NCBI RefSeq assembly: GCF_000485595.1
Contig: NW_014577074.1
Location: 495,110 to 559,109 of the forward strand
Direction of reading: 5' to 3'
DNA length: 64,000 nt
Origin: Priapulus caudatus
Taxonomy: Eukaryota
Below, one piece after another: positions 55,470-64,000 of the stretch (position 1 is the first letter of the stretch; the number at the start of each line of letters is the position of its first letter). The notes under the pieces are model-generated. The model worked only from the letters and a program-made list of their open reading frames with translations. It made no database searches and had not been told where the DNA came from. The translations under genes were made by a program, and so were the position numbers.

Positions 55470-55810
55470 TGGTCATTCAATAATAATCGGTCACTCAATG
55501 ATCACTCGTCATTCAATGATCACAGGTCAATCAATGATCACTGGTCAATCAATGATCACTGGTCATCCAACGATGACGGCTGACTCAATGACCACCAGTT
55601 ATTTGATGATAAACGGTCGTTTAATGACCACCAGTCACTTTTAATGATGACAATGGCCACTAGCCATTCAATTACCAAAGATCATTCAACAATCACCTGT
55701 GATTCAATGATCACTGGTCATTTAATGATCATCGGTCAATCAACGATCACCGGTCAATCAACGATCGATCAACGGCCATTCAATAATCACAGCTTATTAA
55801 TGATCACAGG
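55470..55810. repeat. ~20-bp tandem repeat (CAATGATCACTGGTCAAT-like)
   Basis: About 15 degenerate units; gives the STITG-repeat ORF. Confidence 0.8.
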
Positions 55811-56142
55811 TAATTCTGCGACAACATTCACATTTAATCAAGATTTAATTGCTATCACACGAGGCGCGTTAAAACAACTGTGTGATCAGTATGGTGCTGA
55901 ATACAAGAGGTTAGATGAATCCATCGTTTTGAGGAAATCTGCATCACAATAATATATTTTTGTTGATTCTTGTAAAAATGCCATTTAGAGAACAACAATA
56001 TAATAATTACTACTAGTACTGGTTTGAATGTTGTTGTGCCTTACAATTTAGATTTTATGGCAGTGCTTAAAACTTCCATTGATGCCTCTGAGTCTCACTT
56101 CCCTGACGGAAGATATATTTCCCGGCTTGTATTTGGTTTACT

Positions 56143-57979
56143 ATAGACCATTCTTAATTATTATTCATGACCTGGGGTCACGCACGAAAACGAGGCTAAG
56201 CTATAGGCAATTTTGTAAACAATGGCTGCTCAGGCAGGCACGCACAGAGGGGGTACACGCACGTACACGCGGGTACACGCACGTACACGCACACGCAGAT
56301 ACAAGCACGTACACGGGGGTACACGGAGATACACGCACGTACACGCGGGTACACGCACGTACACGCACACGCCACGTACAGCGGGTACCGGAGATACACG
56401 ACGCTTACACGCGGGGTTACACGCACGTACACGCAGGCACACGCACGTACACTGGCAGTACACGCACAGTACACATCGGGTCACGCACCGTACGCGCGGG
56501 TACACCGCACGTGCACGCAGATACACGCACGTTACACGCGGGTACACGCACCGTACACGCAGATACACCACAGTACACGCAGATACACGCAGTACAGTAC
56601 ACGGCACGATAACACGCCCACGTACACGCGGGGGTACCACAGAGACTACACGCACGTATCACGCGCGGATCACCACGCCGGTACAGCACGTACCACGCAG
56701 ATACACGCCAATACACGTACACGGAGATCTACACGCAAGTATTTACGTGGGGTACCACCGCACGATGCTACGCACGATTACTACGCAACGTACACGGAGA
56801 TACACGCACGTACACGCGCGGCTACACGCAGTTACAGGCCACGCTCACGCGGGTACACGCACGTACGTGAGGACCATTGCCGTACACGAGGTACACGCAC
56901 GTACACGCCACGTACACGCGGGTACACGCAATGCAACGCAGAATACACGACACGATACACGCGGGCGTACTATGTAGATACACGCACGTACACGCCAAGT
57001 ACACGCGCAGTACACGCACCGTACAAACGCAGATACACGCACGTTACACGTCACAACGAGGTACACGTCAGATAAACGCGTACCACGCTTCACGGAGATA
57101 CCACGCCACGTACACGTGGGTAACGCACGTACACGCACGTACACGCAGATACACGCACGTACAACGCGGCTTACACCGGGAGAATACACGGCACGTCGCA
57201 CGCATACACTGTGCGTGCTACGTGCGTGTACCGCGTGTACGTGCCGTGTATCTCCGATTACCCGCGTGATACGTGACGTGTATCTGCGTGTATCGTTGCG
57301 TGCTATTCTGCGTGTACGTGTACGTGGTGTGTATCCGCGCTGTACCGTGCGTGTACGTGTGTACCCGACGTGTCACGTGCTGCTATCTCCGTGATATCTG
57401 CGTGTACGTGGTATCGTGGCGTGTATCGGATGCGGTGTACGTGCGTGTTACGTGCGTGTGACGTGCGTGCACCCGCGTGTAGTGGCGTGGTTATCTCAGT
57501 GTCACCCGCGTGTTATACGTGCTGTATCTGCGGGATAAATTGTACGTGCGGAATGTACTCTAGCGATGTTAACGGTAGCGTGTTCCATATGTACAGTGCG
57601 TGCTTACCTGCGTGTACGTGCCGATGCTACGTGCAGTGTACTGATTGCGAGTGCACCCAGCGATGTTACGATGCGTGCACCCGCGATGTACGTAGCGTGT
57701 ATCTCCGATAGTACCGCGCCGTACTGATTGCATCACGGTATCTGCACAGGTACGTGCGTGTTATCTGCGTGTACCGTGCGTGTACCTGGCGTGTACGTGC
57801 GGTATGTATATCCGGTGTACACTGCGCTGTAACCGCGTAGTAACGTGCGTGTACAATCCCCTTGGCATGACATTGGCACTGAGACTTGCCAATTGTTTTA
57901 CAAAAGCCTTAGATATAGCCTCGTATTATCGATGCGATGACTACAGACGTCATGAATAATTAATTAAAGAATAGTCTAT
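56143..57979. mobile_element. Foldback-like element: long TIRs plus inverted 10-mer satellite arms, 3-bp TSD
   Basis: atagaccattcttaattattattcatgac...cgaggcta...ttttgtaaacaat versus attgttttacaaaa...tagcctcg...gtcatgaataattaattaaagaatagtctat. ACT flanks both ends. The TACACGCACG array flips to CGTGCGTGTA at ~57205. Confidence 0.8.
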
Positions 57980-58221
57980 ACTACGCCATGATCTCCACAA
58001 ACACGCATTACTTCACGACTAATACTCATCTCTCTCTCTCATCTCTCTCTCTCTCTCTTCCCATTCCACATCTCATCTCCCTCTACTCTCCCTTCCCTCG
58101 CCTCCCTCCCTCCCTTCCCTCCCATCCCTCCCATCTCTCTCTCTTCTCTCTCATTCTCTCTCTCTCATCTCTCTGCTCTCAGCGCTACCGCATACCGCTA
58201 CCGTACCGGCCTCCTCGCTCA

Positions 58222-58290
<69 letters not shown>

Positions 58291-58792
58291 TTCCGTCTCC
58301 CGCCTCTATCCCTCACTCGTCCCCTCGTTCCCACCGTTATCTTCCAACTGTTAACCTTTCTCACTTCTTATTGCTAGCCTTATACTGCATTAGCACATGA
58401 ACGGATGTGAACAAATCAGAATACCTTGCGTGCCTTTCTGCTCATAGCATGCTCATTGATTCATTGCTACGCGCTATGGTTGAAAGCCTAATCGTGTCTT
58501 TCAGAAATCCCAGCACTATTTCGAGTGAACTAGACAGAGTTGTCAAACACACGTCAGCACCTTAAGTATAACCAGCACATTTGCAGCGACATTTGAAACG
58601 AGTCAGTAGACACCAGAGCACCTACCGGCACTGCATCAACTGCACTAAGTCAACACCAAATCTCATACTGCCTATATGGTTAGAGAACCCTCTCGCTTTC
58701 AATCCCCATTAGATGGAAGGCTATAGGAAATCTCTTCTCCTGTTGCCATGGTGAAAGAGGTTTCACCTACCCCAACGTTACTTCGATAATAT

Positions 58793-58849
58793 CAGGAGTA
58801 GATAATAGGTATAGATAGATATATAGTAACCCTATTATCTATACTCCTG
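58793..58849. mobile_element. 57-bp palindromic micro-MITE with 7-bp TSD
   Basis: caggagtagataatagg / cctattatctatactcctg, flanked on both sides by ATAATAT. Confidence 0.7.
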
Positions 58850-60572
58850 ATAATATTAGTAGAAGAATCTACATGCTGTACGTGCTTGTATTATTGCAAC
58901 CTGACGCTTTGACAGAAATATGTGACCAGAACTCACTAAAATAGAATACAACTAGCTGCCACGTTGGCGGCTACTTAAATATTCTGTATCTCCATAGTGC
59001 ACGAGTAGGCTAATGAAACTTCCGTACTACTGATTGGAAAATTACAACACCGCCCAATTACATTGCGCGGTAAAATAAATTGCCGACTGATTACAATTAC
59101 GACATATCGGCTGTAGGACTTCCTTCCGCTTTAAGGTTTTAGATAGAAATCCGCGACATGCATTTACTACTCATTTCTGGCGAACATTTTCAATGGCATC
59201 AATCACACGCCTGACACAATACGATAGCGCGAACGTGCATGCGAAACACGTGAGAAATCAGTATAGCGATCATGCAGCCGTGTCAGCCAGGCTAGCCGCA
59301 GCATCGCAGCGCCGACCGCACGCACTACACGTGAACAACACACGACAGCGGAGACTCTGTAATGAGCTTCTGCATGCAGCACTCAGCGTGTGTGAGTGAT
59401 GATTGCAAAGCCATGCCCGCATAATACCAGTGTTCAGCAACGCACCAGCGCACTCGGCCAAAACATCTTAAAGTTGTTTTCAACATAGTCGCCGCGCAAA
59501 GTTAAAGTGCCCACGAATCGATTTTGTTATCCAGTATAGGCAAGACTGACATGCAAGGCTGAAACATAGTTATAAACAAAAATCACTCTGGATAGAATTT
59601 GGGCATTGGCCTTATTCTCCCCTACCTAAGGAAAATGCGCACACCTTCGCGTAGTACTTAAACATGTAAACACAGAAAATGAAAATTCAGAATGTGTCAA
59701 ATCTAATGAGAATTGATATAAGTGATAAAAAAAACATCAATTCAAAATATCTCATGTGATGATACACCTTTTACTGACTGATCAGATTCTATCACACTTA
59801 GAAGCAGACAGGTGGAAGGATGGTCGGACAGCACATGCTAGCTGCATCATGTGTGCGCACATTCGCGAGTCAATACCTGTGCAGACCTGGACCCGCGAAT
59901 ACGTGCACGCGCATTAATGAATTAATGATGCATCTACTCACTTTTAATTAAACGTATGTTTTATGAATAATTTCACTCGTCGAGACTTTTAACTCGCCTG
60001 CCAAGGTTTGTTGTAAATCTGACAGTATAAGTTATGGCACAAAACTAATTGGCATGCATGAAAAATTACAACTTAAAATTCAATTGTCGACAACATTTTT
60101 TAATATAAAATTGATGGAGTCTAAAATTGATGGATATATATAAGCGCTTGGATCAATCGGCTCCTGGAATTCTATGAGGGAGATTATAGCACTGCCAGCA
60201 TGGGTGCTACATAATATGTTCAAGAGCGTATAAAAAAGGTCTTCTTTATACGCTCTTGATATGTTCTGATCAGTCATTGGACACAAACCGCCTTGCATTC
60301 ATGATATATCAGTCAACATGCACGACAATACTCTACTGGCTCAACTCATCTTTTGTATATACCCATTCTGAGCTCCACATCACACTTTCGACCACACTGT
60401 AAAATCTTGTCGATAAATAATTATATATGTCCAGATACTAGCAATTACTATATTATGTTCCACATACAATAATATTGACATATGATTACACCTCTACTGG
60501 CTGAGCAAGCACGAAAGTGTTGGAGTGTTTAATTTGATAAAACAAGGTTTTTCAAATTTGCTGTATACTCAC

Positions 60573-60649
60573 CCTGTCCTTGCCATAGCCTGCCTCCAGA
60601 ATCTGTACTTTACCTCCCGTCATGTTGAACAAATTGGCTTTCTCTGCCT
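60573..60649 (-). CDS. PTPRN: IA-2/PTPRN-like exon, end of the luminal SEA-like ectodomain (AEKANLFNMTGGKVQILEAGYGKDR); not in the ORF track
   Basis: 77 bp, tatttcag/gtgagt boundaries. Resembles IA-2 ...TGLQILQTGVG. The phase-0 end joins the TM exon in frame. Confidence 0.75.
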
Positions 60650-63308
60650 CTGAAATAATGAAGTGAGTCATGAACCAATTGCTTGCCGAATATAGCACTA
60701 TTATAAAGCTGAAGCGTTAACAAGACATAATTATTGTCATAAAATTCACAAATTCAAACGTCATTAAATTCACAAATTCGTAGGAAATAAAACTATAACC
60801 CGGCACATATTTCTCAAGCATAGGCTAAAACTCGGGTCAATCGACTATAAACTAGCTCCTTCATACGCATTAACAGCTGCTTCACTGACGTTGTAGACAG
60901 TCAGACTACGAGAGTGCTGAACAAATCCAAAGAAGGAGCCAGTATGCGCCGACACACCACTCATTCTCACGTATCTATCTTGACTGACCAAACCACTATA
61001 ATTTTATCTAGGCTTTTAGTTCTCTGTGGCAGTGGATAGGGCACAGGCCTCGACTTCTCGATACTGACTGGCCTGCTGCCGTACACTACCTAAATAATTC
61101 AGCAAGCCTCTTTCATGTCAGTTTGGTTCATAACTGTAGTGCTCTCTCTATATCCACTCGTAGGCCATTAACATGGCACGTGACACTTAGCGACTGGGCC
61201 CCTTTGCCACTACCAGTCTATGCTGATCCGCTGCCTATAACTTCAACACAACTATTGGTGGTATTCCATGCTATTAGAAGTGAATAAAAACACATTTTTG
61301 TTTTTATTCACTCCTGGTGCTGCCAATAGCTCATAATACCTATAAGAGGTAATACCAATAGGTATTATTATCTTTTGATGTTACCTATAAGAAGTCAAAG
61401 GAAGAAAATAGTCTTATGCTTAGTCTATAGTTATAAGCTTCACTGGAATCATGCAACTCGGCACCAACACATTTATCCAATGTTATATTAGCATATGAAT
61501 AATGCCCATGCCTATATGACACAGTACATTATAAATTCAACGATAATTAGATAATAAATATACAATAAAATAACAAATACAAGGAAATATTTTTGCGTAC
61601 TAATCTTAATACTTATATGCACGTCTGTGCATTTATAAACATAAGTAATAACATTTTCGAGTTCCAAATGACAAAAGAATGGTATCAACAGCTACATTGT
61701 GTTCTATTCATAATTCTCATGACATCCACTGTGAAATGTAGAGTCTCCATCTCCCCAGTGTCCAGAGGCCAGAGTTTTATTGCTAAATCTGGCCTAAATC
61801 AGACGCAATTATCAACATGTCCATTCTTACTTGTGTAGATATATGCCTGACGCAACCAATGATCCATTCATGAGTTCACGCAGCTTCTCTAAACTATAGG
61901 CTAGTTTATGCAATGGAGGTAATTAATGCATGCTTTTCTGTGCCTTTATCACTACCTGATATGCAATGTGCAATTATGCCCATGCAACGTCACTGCAGTT
62001 GTGTGACAACTGGCAAAGCAACACAATAGCCAAGATACAGTCTAAAATATTGCGTGCACGCAGCTCTAGCTACGATAATGAGTTCTTTTGGGCTGTGTAT
62101 TTCAATAAAGTATAAATCAGTGGTAAATTAAGAGCGAACCAGCGGCAGCCTGCGAATAGAATATGCCTTTATTATTAGCTACAAAATTTGAAAATTTAAC
62201 AACAAAAGACCTATTTATCCTACGAAATCGAAATACGGCCTCAGGGATGTCGATTAACAACTCCCACGCACAATGTTAGCGTGCCTATATACATAGAGGC
62301 AGACATAGCAGCCAACTGATGGCTGCAGATTGCTACCTACATACTGTCAGCGACATCGCAGAGTGAACAAATATTAAATATCCGAATTGGATCGGATATA
62401 CTCCGATACCACATTAAACCATCGAAAGAGCTGTAAATAATATATAGACGGTTTCCCAGTTTCGTACTGCCCAGTGTGCTGGTTCACATCACTACAGAGT
62501 GCAATCTATTGTTCATTATAGAATAACCACTTATGTGAAATCGGGCCAACTCGACGAAAAGCTCATTCGATGTGCGCATTCGGTTTCAAGAGCCGCAGTT
62601 GATTCAAGTTCGAGATCAAATTTGAACACATGATTGTACAATAACAGACATACGGCAACAAGAAATGCTGCAGGAAGCGAAGCAATGAAATGGAAGCAAA
62701 CATCCGAAATTGTTACAGTACACAAAATAGTGACGACCACAGCCTGAAATAAAACGATTTAGCTGAAAAATATCTACAAAAACAACAACTAATAAAGGGC
62801 AACAGAAGAAGCAGGCTGGCGCAAGCCTGACAGGTGCGCGCTCGTGCAGTTAAAACATCTGCCGTGTATTACGTCAGTGTATCCTGCGCGCCAACGTGCG
62901 TAAAATACATTGAAACAGCGATCGGACTTGACTGTTCAGACAAACGCCAACACCACTAAGGGTAGGTGCAAACCTCTTCCTACATCATACCGATAAAATA
63001 CGGCCACGTATGTACGATGTACAATCTGAAAAACGGTTAAATATAATAACAGAAACAAGCAAAAAAGTAAAACGATTGCCTCGTGGAACCTCGAAACAGT
63101 CGCAGCGTACGTGCTTGTTGGTGATTCAAAGCGATATATAATACACGGTTCGGAAAAAAAAACATAATAAAATATAAAATATAACAAATATAATAAAGCA
63201 TTATGGAAGAGAATGCCATATAATAACCCCGAAATATCAAAAAACTATACAGTTATCATGGACTCCATCTATATCATCCATCATGTAAACGCTTAATTAC
63301 ACATCGGC

Positions 63309-63344
63309 ATCGTGGACCACTTAGTATACTAAGTGGTCCACGAT
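63309..63344. repeat. Perfect 36-bp palindrome
   Basis: atcgtggaccacttagta|tactaagtggtccacgat. Confidence 0.9.
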
Positions 63345-64000
63345 ACCAGACAACTACTACTAAACAACTACTACTGAACTACTAATTGTGTTAAGTTTCT
63401 TTTGCTGTTGGATGAAAATACGCTACTACATGATATGGATTATATTCCGTAAAGTATAGATAGGCGTATCGTGAATGCATGGTCACACGTATTGATACGT
63501 GTGTCGTCAAGGTTTATATCGTGATATATCGATGAATCGCCCCACTACTAAGGGTCAGCACTTGCTATTTTGACAAAATGCTTGTATGATAATTGGGTGA
63601 CAATACATGCATACAATACAGGCAATACATCCTGTGTACAAGCTGGACAGGAAATGCTTATGTTGTTTGGTCTAAATCATGCATCCAGCAAATACGACTT
63701 TTAAATTGGTTTCCACGTACAACAACAATAAGACAAAACAAGACAAACGCGTGGTAATGAGAACATCTAGGACCATGGAGGTAGCACCATGGATAGACCA
63801 ATAAACTGTGTCCTATAAATTTTAACAATCTGCATGATGCTATTCTTGGTTTCAATAGCCTTCAATCAACAAATGTGGCGATTTTTTATACGCTAACCTT
63901 TTCCCTGCTTCTGACCACGTAACACTGAAATTCGGCACCTAACGGTAAATGTTCAAAACTTCGCCAGAACAGAAATGGTAAACATGTAATGTTCGTTGTC

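Noticed and set aside
61020..61210. Possible RTE-type LINE 3' remnant on the - strand
   Set aside because: Too degenerate to translate convincingly.
60866..61800. Further upstream IA-2 ectodomain exons (candidates near 60870-60917 and 61700-61793)
   Set aside because: No candidate had both IA-2 similarity and the required phase-1 donor; upstream exons probably lie beyond the window.

Overview
Eukaryotic genomic DNA, most likely from a repeat-rich invertebrate (a lophotrochozoan is my inference from the repeat families). It comes from a hybrid-looking assembly with N-gaps and indel-noisy stretches. Two protein-coding genes are supported. (1) A small InaF-motif (INAFM-like) transmembrane microprotein with one coding exon on + (1136-1516). 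(2) The 3' two-thirds of an IA-2/phogrin (PTPRN/PTPRN2-type) receptor tyrosine phosphatase-like gene on the - strand. I could splice it by hand from 12 GT-AG exons (60649 down to the stop at 25982): end of the luminal SEA-like domain, TM helix, YQDL motif, and a PTP domain with the degenerate signature HCGDGSGR and WPA instead of WPD. The exon order around the TM exon is scrambled by a ~2.9 kb duplicated block bounded by N-gaps, and a second ~3 kb duplication sits downstream of the gene; both look like assembly artefacts. The rest is a varied set of mobile and repetitive DNA: a decayed Mutator-like DDE transposase (11.5-12.8 kb), a CR1/L2 LINE tail, Helentron-type HINE elements, hAT-, Harbinger- and Tc1-like MITEs, tiny palindromic insertions with 7-bp TSDs, a 1.8 kb foldback element with inverted 10-mer satellite arms, and many micro/minisatellites. 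Nearly all other ORFs in the track come from simple repeats. I found no prokaryotic features and no convincing evidence for a wholly new biological system.
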